A stretch of DNA of 64,000 nt, from contig JAOZFG010000004.1 in NCBI GenBank assembly GCA_027491435.1, forward strand, positions 64,001-128,000. The letters are read 5' to 3'. How positions within the stretch are numbered: position 1 is the stretch's first letter; each line of letters opens with the position of its first letter. Positions 28,726 through 36,935 of the stretch are shown here, in pieces. Origin of the DNA: Thermoproteota archaeon (GTDB taxonomy: Archaea > Korarchaeota > Korarchaeia > Korarchaeales > Korarchaeaceae). The position numbers were made by a program, and so were the translations under genes. Below the pieces are notes generated by a model. That model was not told the DNA's origin. It searched no databases and was given only the letters and a program-made list of their open reading frames with translations.

Positions 28726-29278
28726 GCGGGAAGGAGTGCAGCGTCTCGTAAATGGGCCCCTTAGGCGTTAACGTGCTCTTCTTAAGTCTAACTTCCCTCA
28801 CCTCAATCTCGCCGATCTCCACGTTCTCAACTCTAGTTATTAGGCTGGGCAGGTCAGAAGACCTGTACTTAACCCTGGCTATTGTCAAATGAGGTTCGAA
28901 GGACCTCTTCTCCTTAGGAAACCCGACCTTCCTCAAGGCGTCCTCTACTAGGTTGGCGAGCCTAATCAGCGAATCCCTCCCGTCGCTGACCCCCACCCAT
29001 ATTACGTTGGGCCTGCTTACCCTAGGGAAGGCGCCCACCCTCTCTAGCCTAATCCTGAACGGGTCAACTCCCTTAAGGGCTCCCTCTAGGGCCTTCACTA
29101 TCACGGGTATTCTAGTCTCCTCTACCTCTCCCAGGAATTTCAGGGTTATGTGGAGATTCTCTGGCTCAACCAGCTTTATCCTGGCCGAGGAGGAAGATAT
29201 CTCTCTCTGTATATCAACTATCTTACCCCTTACGAGCTCGTCCTCTAAATCAACGGCTACGAAAGTCCTCAGCCTCAT
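28700..29278 (-). CDS. thpR: RNA 2',3'-cyclic phosphodiesterase (2'-5' RNA ligase family)
   Basis: Two HxT motifs (HITLKFLG, PHLTIAR). Confidence 0.95.
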   Translation of the reverse strand: MRLRTFVAVDLEDELVRGKIVDIQREISSSSARIKLVEPENLHITLKFLGEVEETRIPVIVKALEGALKGVDPFRIRLERVGAFPRVSRPNVIWVGVSDGRDSLIRLANLVEDALRKVGFPKEKRSFEPHLTIARVKYRSSDLPSLITRVENVEIGEIEVREVRLKKSTLTPKGPIYETLHSFPLTLEGEEA

Positions 29279-29279
29279 T

Positions 29280-29633
29280 TCACCTCAGCTCTGGCGGAAC
29301 CCCCTCATTGGGTATCATGCAGAGGAACGTCACTTCCTCGTAGGCCTCGTAGGAGTGGGGAAGGTTGGGAGGTATGAAGATCGCGTCGCCTTCCTTAACT
29401 TCGTAATCTTCTCCTCCTATGGTTATCTTACCCCTCCCCTTCAGTATTAGGATTTCATGCTCCCAGGGGTGCTTGTGTTCGGGTATCTTGCCCCCTTCAT
29501 CCATCCTGAATATCCTCATCGAGAAGTTGGGGACACCGTCCTTTGGGGAGAAGACCCACTTTATCCAGGTCTTCTCTGCTATTTCAACTGGTTTGAACTC
29601 TAGCTCCTCCAAACTCTTGATGATCGGTTTCAT
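29280..29633 (-). CDS. Cupin-domain protein
   Basis: HKHPWEHE..G.G and GDAIFIPPNLPH. Confidence 0.9.
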   Translation of the reverse strand: MKPIIKSLEELEFKPVEIAEKTWIKWVFSPKDGVPNFSMRIFRMDEGGKIPEHKHPWEHEILILKGRGKITIGGEDYEVKEGDAIFIPPNLPHSYEAYEEVTFLCMIPNEGVPPELR

Positions 29634-29677
29634 ATAACGTTATAACGACGACAGGGTATTAAATTTAGCGAGGTAGC

Positions 29678-30568
29678 ATGAGGGCCCTGGTAACAGGAGC
29701 GAGCGGCATGCTCGGCTTGAACCTAACAGAGCTTCTACTGAAAGAAGGGTGGGATCTAACCTTCTTGGTGAATCCAGGGAGCTTAAAGAAGAGGCCTTGG
29801 GCGAAAAGCCTCCTTAAGGGGAGAATAGTAGAGTCTAGAGTGGAGGAATTCGGGGAAAGGTTGGACGTAGATGTGGTGTTTCATCTAGCGGCGGTGATGA
29901 GGGGCCCCACCTGGAGGATCAACTATCAGGGAACGAAAAACGTCCTAGAAAGGGTCTCATTCGATAAGTTCGTACTGGTTAGCAGCATTCTAGCCTTAGG
30001 GGACTCCCTGAATCAAAATGCGTCAGAAGACACTCTATGCAGGCCTAGAACTGGTTATGAGAAGTCCAAGTGTGAGGCTGAAAGGGAAGTGTCTAAGCTG
30101 GAGGACTTCGTTATAGTCAGGCCCGGTTGGATATACGGCAAGTATTCCATCAACCCAGACATACTTAGCATCGTCAGGTTAGTTAAGCGGGGGATCGCAC
30201 CGGTGTTGATTGATGAAGAGCTGCCTTTAGCTATGGTCAACGCTAAGGACGTGGCTAGGGCCATTTTACACCTGGTAAAGATAGGGGCTAAAGGGACGTT
30301 CAACGTGAGAGGGCCTAGGATGTACTCTATGGGGGAGCTAATTGATGTTATATCCTCTGTCTTAGGTAAGAAGCCCATTAAAGTTAGGTTGCCAAAGCTA
30401 GCTGTAAGCCTGTATTCCAAGAGGGTGGACGTAGCTAGATACCTGTTGCTAGCACCGAGAGACGTTCCTATAGACAGGTTAAGGGAAACAGGCTTCAACC
30501 CTTCTGTGGAACTCGATGAAGGGATGGAAGAGGCCATATCTTGGATGAGGGGGCAGGGGATAATCTAG
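29678..30568 (+). CDS. NAD-dependent epimerase/dehydratase (extended SDR)
   Basis: VTGASGMLG, HLAA, YEKSK. Confidence 0.9.
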   Translation: MRALVTGASGMLGLNLTELLLKEGWDLTFLVNPGSLKKRPWAKSLLKGRIVESRVEEFGERLDVDVVFHLAAVMRGPTWRINYQGTKNVLERVSFDKFVLVSSILALGDSLNQNASEDTLCRPRTGYEKSKCEAEREVSKLEDFVIVRPGWIYGKYSINPDILSIVRLVKRGIAPVLIDEELPLAMVNAKDVARAILHLVKIGAKGTFNVRGPRMYSMGELIDVISSVLGKKPIKVRLPKLAVSLYSKRVDVARYLLLAPRDVPIDRLRETGFNPSVELDEGMEEAISWMRGQGII

Positions 30569-30610
30569 ATCAAAGTTTATAAATGGGCAAGCCCCTCCCA
30601 TTCTCTGGGA

Positions 30611-30720
30611 GCCGGGGTAGCTCAGCCTGGTTAGAGCACCGGACTCATAAGCTGGATGGGCCCACGGTGCTCTGCTGGGAAATCCGGGGGTCCCGGGTTC
30701 AAATCCCGGCCCCGGCACCA
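30611..30720 (+). tRNA. tRNA-Met(CAT), elongator type, intron-containing, CCA encoded
   Basis: GCCGGGG acceptor stem, CCGGA/TCCGG anticodon stem, CT-CAT-A loop, GGTTCAAATCC T-arm. Confidence 0.95.
30650..30681 (+). other. 32-nt tRNA intron at canonical position 37/38
   Basis: Bulge-helix-bulge: CTCA/TGGG helix with TAA and AAA bulges. Confidence 0.88.
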
Positions 30721-30722
30721 CT

Positions 30723-31493
30723 TCAAGTTAAGTCTCCGCAGTTACAGTAGACCTCGTGTATTATGTCATAAAGCTCGTCGAACCCGCTTCCAGATAGGGC
30801 TGAGACCCTGACCAGCCTGGTCGCTTGTCTGTAGTCGTCCATGACCTGAACCAGGGACTGAGCCAGGTCTGCCCTTACTCCAGCTTCCCTGCTCAACGCT
30901 TCCATCAGAACGAGCTCCTCCTCCAAGGATCTGGCCACCTCATCTGAGATCTCAACGTCCGCCTTGTTGAGTATGGGTATGCTGTCCACGTCCAACCTGA
31001 GCTGTATTACTGTGGCCATCAGCTTGAGAGCTACTAAGTCAGAAGGTTTCTTAGCTAGCAGGGGGTCAAAAACAACTATAGCGACTGGAAAGCCTATCCT
31101 CTTCAAAATGCCCAGGAGCTCGGGTCCATTTTCCCTGAAAACGAACAGCTCCATCTGACCGGGGGTGTCCACTAGCACGTAGTCTGATGGTATCCTCACA
31201 AGCTCTCTATATATCTGATCGCCAAGCTCCAGCATTAAGTCAGCGCTCTTGATGAAGGCCCCATTAGGGCCCAAGTTGTATTTCTTCATGACGTCGGTGA
31301 CTCTGATGTACTTCCTGATGTCAAAGTCTGGCTTGTAAGGGAGGTAGTCTGCACCAGGATCCAAGTTAACGTACCCAACTTTCACGCCCCTGCTCTCCAA
31401 CCATCTGCCGTAACTGCCAACAAGGGTGGTCTTTCCAGATCCAGCCGGGCCCAGCACCACTACAAACTGCTTTGACAGGAGGAACTCAAACAT
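30723..31493 (-). CDS. GPN-loop GTPase
   Basis: GPAGSGKT, NLDPG, LGPNG, DTPGQME, NKAD. Confidence 0.95.
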   Translation of the reverse strand: MFEFLLSKQFVVVLGPAGSGKTTLVGSYGRWLESRGVKVGYVNLDPGADYLPYKPDFDIRKYIRVTDVMKKYNLGPNGAFIKSADLMLELGDQIYRELVRIPSDYVLVDTPGQMELFVFRENGPELLGILKRIGFPVAIVVFDPLLAKKPSDLVALKLMATVIQLRLDVDSIPILNKADVEISDEVARSLEEELVLMEALSREAGVRADLAQSLVQVMDDYRQATRLVRVSALSGSGFDELYDIIHEVYCNCGDLT

Positions 31494-31504
31494 TTTTGAC
31501 CCCC

Positions 31505-31894
31505 CTAAGGGAGAACCTCCACTCCCCTTCTTAAGGCTTTTACCCTTAATTCCTCATCAAAAGTTACTATAGGAGCTCTATAATCTTCAGAAATTATGAG
31601 TATGACCTCATCTTCCCAGTTACCTATACCTTTAAGCAGGCCTTCGATTAAAGACTCTGGGCTAGGACAGATGACGCTAGCCCTCCTATCGGATAAAACC
31701 CTGACAACAGCGGAGATGGCATCTTTATCTCCGAGGCCGGCTCCCCTTAAGAACCATATAAGCTCGTGGATAACCACGTCTGGGATTATCCACTCACTTG
31801 CCTTGTTTAGGACTGTCTTGGCTTTCTCGTGAAGTTTTTGATCTTCAAACAAGTAGTAGATTACAGCGTTAGTGTCGACAACGACCCTCCTCAA
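31505..31894 (-). CDS. vapC: PIN-domain ribonuclease (VapC-like toxin)
   Basis: VVDTN, VIHEL, ED and TFDEEL acidic motifs. Confidence 0.88.
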   Translation of the reverse strand: MRRVVVDTNAVIYYLFEDQKLHEKAKTVLNKASEWIIPDVVIHELIWFLRGAGLGDKDAISAVVRVLSDRRASVICPSPESLIEGLLKGIGNWEDEVILIISEDYRAPIVTFDEELRVKALRRGVEVLP

Positions 31895-32079
31895 CTCTTG
31901 GCACCGTGGGCTATTAGCTCTTTTATCTCATTAACGTTGACCTCCCTGCCCAGCGCAAGCCTGTTGTGAGCCTCAATGGGTCGAATCACTACAGCCTCAC
32001 CTTCAAGCTTTTCAATCAAGTAGAAGGAACGCTCGGCTTGTAAGCATAGCTTTCCCCTAACGGGCCTGACTACCCTCAA
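31891..32079 (-). CDS. Putative (eroded) AbrB-type antitoxin
   Basis: 62 aa directly upstream of and overlapping the PIN gene; EGEAVVIRP strand typical of AbrB; GGTGA RBS. Confidence 0.5.
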   Translation of the reverse strand: MRVVRPVRGKLCLQAERSFYLIEKLEGEAVVIRPIEAHNRLALGREVNVNEIKELIAHGAKS

Positions 32080-32513
32080 AAGATCACCCTAATGGGGCCG
32101 CCGGGATTTGAACCCGGGACCTCCGGCTCCCAAGGCCGGCATCCTACCAAGCTAGACCACGGCCCCTCCCTTAACTGGGTCTCAGGTATTAAAGACTTTA
32201 CGGAGGAACAGTCCACCCTTATGACCGGCCCCTTGTTCACAACTAGGGAGACCTTCTCCCCCTTAACCCTAAAGCTAACCCTAGAGTGGGGCTGAAGTGG
32301 TATTACCTTGTTTATAACCCTGGCGGACCCCCCGCGAAACTCAACCATCAATACGATTTCCAGGTAATCTTCTCCCTTATTTTCAACTGTTAAGAGGCCT
32401 CGCTCACATCGGGCGATTACGTCAGATGAGTACAGGTGTCCGGTCGCCCCGTGGCTCAGAGTTAGGGCGGCTATGGAGGTGAGTAGGAAAGATACAAGGA
32501 GCTTATTCCTCAC
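32076..32513 (-). CDS. Hypothetical exported protein whose 3' end reads through tRNA-Pro
   Basis: Signal-peptide-like MRNKLLVSFLLTSIAALTLSHGA; overlaps the upstream gene stop; first stop lies beyond the tRNA. Confidence 0.55.
   Translation of the reverse strand: MRNKLLVSFLLTSIAALTLSHGATGHLYSSDVIARCERGLLTVENKGEDYLEIVLMVEFRGGSARVINKVIPLQPHSRVSFRVKGEKVSLVVNKGPVIRVDCSSVKSLIPETQLREGPWSSLVGCRPWEPEVPGSNPGGPIRVIF
32093..32166 (-). tRNA. tRNA-Pro(TGG), CCA not encoded
   Basis: GGGGCCG acceptor stem, CCGGC-CT-TGG-GA-GCCGG anticodon arm, GGTTCAAATCC. Confidence 0.96.
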
Positions 32514-32886
32514 CGTTAACCCTCTCTACGAACCACCTGGGCTCTCCCCTTAGCCTTATGTGGGGAATCGTGATTCCCTCCGTTGTGGTTGGGGCCTCCG
32601 AAACGTAAAACCCCTCCCCATTTTCATCAGCCCTGTATATGAGGAAGCCTCCGTCAACCCTCTCCTCTACGGTTACGTATGAGAATATGTCCGGCTTCAT
32701 CGATCCGTAGTTCCCTGAAAAGGTGCCCAGGACGTACCTACCTAACTTATCGCTCCAGAAGCCTATTATAACTCCACCGGAGTTAGAGCTGGCTATAAGC
32801 CTAAGTAAATCGTTCACAGAGGAAAGCTCAAAGAGTTCCATTTCCCAATCGCTACACTCTTTATTATCCCCCTCCATCTGGCTCAC
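32503..32886 (-). CDS. Hypothetical protein
   Basis: 127-aa ORF overlapping both neighbours in an operon-like run. Confidence 0.7.
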   Translation of the reverse strand: MSQMEGDNKECSDWEMELFELSSVNDLLRLIASSNSGGVIIGFWSDKLGRYVLGTFSGNYGSMKPDIFSYVTVEERVDGGFLIYRADENGEGFYVSEAPTTTEGITIPHIRLRGEPRWFVERVNGEE

Positions 32887-33560
32887 CCTTGTCCGATCGT
32901 GAAGGACATGGTCCTAACTATATAAAACGTTGCTTTCATGGATTTAAGTAAGTCCCCGTCTGTGGTATAAATTCCCTTACCCTCGGAGTAAATGATCAGG
33001 CCCTCTTTATCCCCTATGACGCCAGAAAAGGGTGAATTACATATTCTAAGCTCCTCCAATAAATCCTTTGCCTTGATAGCGGCCCTAATGGAGGTGAACA
33101 TAACCTCCCAACCAGCCTCACCCCTGTAATGCCTCAAGAAGCTTTCTACTAGGTCCTCGTTCACTATAAAGAGGGCCTTCTTGACCCTGCCTGCTATGCT
33201 CTCAAATATGTATTTTATGATGCTCCCAAACACGGGGACTACCTTATCCTTACCTATCAGGTAGATGGGGAGCTTAAAGGGCTTAATAGCCCCTACAAGC
33301 GAGACTTTCCTGCCGAACTCCTCTATTACATGATTTAACAGCAAAGAGGTCAGCTTATCCCTAGGAGGTCCTATGAACAGAGTGGGCCTGTAACCGACTA
33401 TCCTTATCAGCCCCTTATCCTCTAAAGACCTGCCAACTTGGTAGACTTTGGTTCTAGGTATGCCTGTCATCCTGCTGATCTCGTCAGCTTTCATTGGCTT
33501 TTCCGCTTCTATGAGTGAAGAGAGCATGATCGCCTCGTATCTAGACAGCCCTAGCTCCAC
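32883..33560 (-). CDS. TrmB-family transcriptional regulator
   Basis: GLSRYEA...ADEISRMTGIPRTKVY....LEDKGLI. Confidence 0.9.
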   Translation of the reverse strand: MELGLSRYEAIMLSSLIEAEKPMKADEISRMTGIPRTKVYQVGRSLEDKGLIRIVGYRPTLFIGPPRDKLTSLLLNHVIEEFGRKVSLVGAIKPFKLPIYLIGKDKVVPVFGSIIKYIFESIAGRVKKALFIVNEDLVESFLRHYRGEAGWEVMFTSIRAAIKAKDLLEELRICNSPFSGVIGDKEGLIIYSEGKGIYTTDGDLLKSMKATFYIVRTMSFTIGQG

Positions 33561-33580
33561 AAAAACTTTCGAAAGACCCT

Positions 33581-33883
33581 TTAACCCACCAATTCGGCCA
33601 CTATCTTGTTTCCCTGTACCCTCCTCACCCTCGCCTGAACCTTTATCCCCGGATCTGATGCCCCTACCACCGTTACGTTTCTCCCCTTGTATTTCCCTAC
33701 GCCCTCCCCCCTCCTGGTGACTGTCATTATTAGGACCTCTATTATGTCTCCGGGTTTCACGTCCTCCCCTTTCTCCTCCTTTACCTCATACCTGGTTATG
33801 TATATGCCTGTCCTACCCTTCCTACCCAACCTTCCGCGCCAACCCTTGGAAGCATCTTCTACTTTGGGATTCCTTCTCGGCAT
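33581..33883 (-). CDS. TRAM-domain RNA-binding protein
   Basis: VKPGD...RRGEGVGKYKG..V.V.GA..G; basic N-terminus; start set at ATG 33883. Confidence 0.85.
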   Translation of the reverse strand: MPRRNPKVEDASKGWRGRLGRKGRTGIYITRYEVKEEKGEDVKPGDIIEVLIMTVTRRGEGVGKYKGRNVTVVGASDPGIKVQARVRRVQGNKIVAELVG

Positions 33884-33948
33884 GAATCCCCACAACCAAA
33901 GGAAACTTGTTGAAGCCTCAATAAAAATGTTCCCCTGCATTTACTCAT

Positions 33949-35178
33949 CTAGGGTGCTGTGAGAGGTCTTTTACCTATTTCGTTTCCCATCTCATCAAAT
34001 CTAACGTAACCTAAGGCCAAGGCGTCGAATTGATCCGTGGAGGCTAGCAAAGATGCCCTGCGGGACTTAAGGTCCAGCTCCTTAATTATTCCAACCCCCA
34101 CACAGGTTCGCCCTCTGATCAAACCAACGTAGAGGTTAGAGTAGTCTCTGACGTTCCCCAGCCTAACCTCCTTGTTCAACAGCCGAGATATGGTGTTGAC
34201 CCTGTACTGGTCAGCTTCCCCCTCATGCAGGATTACAAGGGAGTCAGGAGACTCCTCAACCCATACCACGTTAACGCTTAACAACTCCTTCAGAAGTCCC
34301 GAGTATTCAAGCCTTTGGTTCCCGGTCAACAAGGACGTGTTTAACAGCCTAATATCGTTAAGATCCACCTGAACCTCCCTAGAGTCCTTCATGAAGAAGT
34401 CGAACATCTCCATCCTGGCTGCCCTCCTATAATTTCTCGATTTTGAGGACACCTCTTGAGGAGATCTGACTTTTATCACCCTCGCCCAAGGTGGAAGGCT
34501 CCTCTCTATGTGTCTTAAATCTCCCTCATCCTTTTCTATTAACACGACGACGTCTGGGTCGTAGGCCTCAACTTTATACCTTTTTAACGCTCTTGCAGGG
34601 CTCCCGTCCACGTAGCCCGTGGTGTTCAACAACTGGGTTCCTTTACCGACCGTGTCGGAAAGGGCCTTGACGCCAACCACCATGGGAAGCAGGTGTCCTC
34701 GGGGAGTTGTATCCCCCACGAAGTACATGTGATCGGGGTTGAGCAGCCTGAGGTGCACGAACGTCTCCCCTACCTTTTTCGCGGCTATTACTCCAGGAGG
34801 GCCTAGATCAGACTGACCTACGTCCGAGTCCACTATAGCCACTTCCTCACCACTCGCTATCAGCTTGCTGGCAACGTACATTATCGTAGAACTCTTGCCG
34901 GAATCAACCCTGCCTATTAACATAACCTTTCGATCGAGAGCCTCTTCGACTAACTCATCCCACCAGCTGGGGATCGGGTTCTCGACCTTCCTAACTTCTC
35001 CGACTACCTCCACCTTAGATCTCTCCTGACTCCAGACTAGGACGTCGATGCCCTCCATGTCTACCGAGATAGAGTTTACGTCGAAATACCAAGCTTTAGC
35101 GCTGCCATCCAACACCTCCAACCTGAAGGGGCTCCTGAGAAGGATCCCCGTCCCCTTAGTCAGCTCCACAGTGACCAT
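33949..35178 (-). CDS. Clp1-family polynucleotide 5'-hydroxyl kinase
   Basis: GRVDSGKS P-loop, DSDVGQSDLGPPG, NTTGYV, RxxxR lid. Confidence 0.9.
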   Translation of the reverse strand: MVTVELTKGTGILLRSPFRLEVLDGSAKAWYFDVNSISVDMEGIDVLVWSQERSKVEVVGEVRKVENPIPSWWDELVEEALDRKVMLIGRVDSGKSSTIMYVASKLIASGEEVAIVDSDVGQSDLGPPGVIAAKKVGETFVHLRLLNPDHMYFVGDTTPRGHLLPMVVGVKALSDTVGKGTQLLNTTGYVDGSPARALKRYKVEAYDPDVVVLIEKDEGDLRHIERSLPPWARVIKVRSPQEVSSKSRNYRRAARMEMFDFFMKDSREVQVDLNDIRLLNTSLLTGNQRLEYSGLLKELLSVNVVWVEESPDSLVILHEGEADQYRVNTISRLLNKEVRLGNVRDYSNLYVGLIRGRTCVGVGIIKELDLKSRRASLLASTDQFDALALGYVRFDEMGNEIGKRPLTAP

Positions 35179-35220
35179 TTAGCCCACCTCAGATAACGAT
35201 TTAAGTTAAGGTTGTAACAC

Positions 35221-36222
35221 ATGACTGTGGACGGCGACCGCTTTCACCTGATAGAGGTGCTGCTTGATTGTGAAAAACGTTTACACGTGGTTCCTGAGGG
35301 GTTTGAGGTTGTCGATGAAGGGGGCTTCAGGATCAGGCTTAGAGCGCCGACGGCCTCTCCTTCGGAACTGCTCGGCATGCTGTGGGAAATCTCCTTGGAC
35401 GAAAATGGGGAGCCATGCAGGATAAAGGAAGTCAAGGCACCAATCAATAGGAGGACTGGCTTCAGGGGAAAGACCGTCCTCAGGAGGATACTGGGGAGGG
35501 GCCCTATGCTAGCAGCCTCAATAGCTAAGGGAAGGATATTGGATCCCAGGAATCACGCCAAACTTTTCTCTGAGATGGCTAGACAGGGCTTAGATATAGG
35601 CATGGATCCGCTACACTATTCTGACTTAGAGCTTTACGAGAGAGCCTATCACATAGAGGAGGAGATCGACAGCTTTAAGGAAGAAGGAAAAAGAGTTTTA
35701 TACGTCTACAACGCCCCTAAGACAGCCGATTTACTGGAAAAGGTGATCTCTTTAGGGGCCAAGGCCTTCAGGGTGGACTCGTTAAACTTGGAGCTGTTTA
35801 ACTTGCTGGCCGATGTCAAGGTAATGATCTTCTTAACCAGACCTTACCTGCTCCCCCGATTAAGCCTAGAATCAATATACAACCTGCTCCCTCCCTTCGG
35901 CTTTGAAGCAATTGAAAGGCCGTCCTCAAGTAAATGGACTAAAGCGGAGCATTTAGATCGATTAATAAAGAGGACTGGTTCACTTCCAATGACCTCTCCG
36001 GATGTAACCCCAAGAAACTTGGATTACAACATGTCCGACCTAGACGTAATAATATGGGCCGATGTCTTCATCTACGCTCACCCCTCCGGGCCGTTAGCTG
36101 GAGTTAGGGCAGCTAGGGAGATGATAGATTCATACCTTAGGGGAGAGAGCCTCATAACAGTAGCGAGAAGGGTTGAGGAGGTAGGGCAGGCTGTTGAGAA
36201 ATGGGGCTTGGAGCTGAGGTAA
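35221..36222 (+). CDS. Degenerate RuBisCO large-subunit-like protein
   Basis: C-terminal AHPSGPLAGVRAARE...AVEKWG and collinear TIM-barrel segments; KDDE replaced by MDPL. Confidence 0.7.
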   Translation: MTVDGDRFHLIEVLLDCEKRLHVVPEGFEVVDEGGFRIRLRAPTASPSELLGMLWEISLDENGEPCRIKEVKAPINRRTGFRGKTVLRRILGRGPMLAASIAKGRILDPRNHAKLFSEMARQGLDIGMDPLHYSDLELYERAYHIEEEIDSFKEEGKRVLYVYNAPKTADLLEKVISLGAKAFRVDSLNLELFNLLADVKVMIFLTRPYLLPRLSLESIYNLLPPFGFEAIERPSSSKWTKAEHLDRLIKRTGSLPMTSPDVTPRNLDYNMSDLDVIIWADVFIYAHPSGPLAGVRAAREMIDSYLRGESLITVARRVEEVGQAVEKWGLELR

Positions 36223-36935
36223 AGGTAGGGTGTTGCGGCTTTCCTATAAGCAAAAGAAGGTACTATGAAGAGTTCAGGGTTGTTGAAGTTCAGAAAACTT
36301 TCTATAAACCACCAAGAGTCGAAACAGCCCTGAAGTGGAGGGAAGAGGCTCCTGATGATTTCGAATTTACGGTAAAGGCTTGGATGGCTTTCACGCACAA
36401 CCCCAAATCTCCCATGTGGAGTAAGAGCGGCTTGCCTAGGAAAGAGGGTTATGGGCTCCTCAAGCCCACGTCCAAAAACTTAGAGAGGTGGGAGGAGTTC
36501 CTAAAGGTAGTAAGGGCTTTAAAATCGAAAGTCGTGGTATTTCAGAGCCCACCGTCCTTCAAGGCCACGGAAGAAAACATGAAGAACGTTAAAGAATTCT
36601 TCAGGTCGATCAGGGGAGACGTCGAGCTGATTGGCTGGGAGGTCAGGCATGAGAGCTGGAGCGGCCCCTTGAGGGAGATCCTACCAGAATTGGACTTGAT
36701 ACATGTGGTCGATCCACTTTATGAGCTTCCAGTTCACGGAAATGTGTTATACTTCAGGCTTCACGGGAGGAGGGAGGGCAGGAGAATAGTGTATAACCAC
36801 AGGTACACGGGTGATGAGCTAGAGGAGGTTATGAGGGTGCTAGCTGATCTGGGCAAGCCCGGCTACGTGATGTTCAATAACGGGATATTCATGAGGGAGA
36901 GCGCCCTAAACTTCCTGAAGAAGATTCAGACGTAG
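36201..36935 (+). CDS. DUF72-domain protein
   Basis: VGCCGF, VEVQKTFY, FTVKA, QSPPSF, YFRLHG, FNN. Confidence 0.92.
   Translation: MGLGAEVKVGCCGFPISKRRYYEEFRVVEVQKTFYKPPRVETALKWREEAPDDFEFTVKAWMAFTHNPKSPMWSKSGLPRKEGYGLLKPTSKNLERWEEFLKVVRALKSKVVVFQSPPSFKATEENMKNVKEFFRSIRGDVELIGWEVRHESWSGPLREILPELDLIHVVDPLYELPVHGNVLYFRLHGRREGRRIVYNHRYTGDELEEVMRVLADLGKPGYVMFNNGIFMRESALNFLKKIQT

Noticed and set aside
30479-30721. 80-aa minus-strand ORF; also 32092-32295 and 54378-54629
   Set aside because: Antisense translations of tRNA genes.
30720-32093. Integrated element bounded by tRNA-Met and tRNA-Pro
   Set aside because: No integrase or direct repeats were found, and the interval contains the core GPN GTPase gene.
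9489-36222. HPS plus RuBisCO-like gene as a reductive hexulose-phosphate CO2-fixation pathway
   Set aside because: The RuBisCO-like protein lacks catalytic residues, the genes are unlinked, and no phosphoribulokinase is seen.
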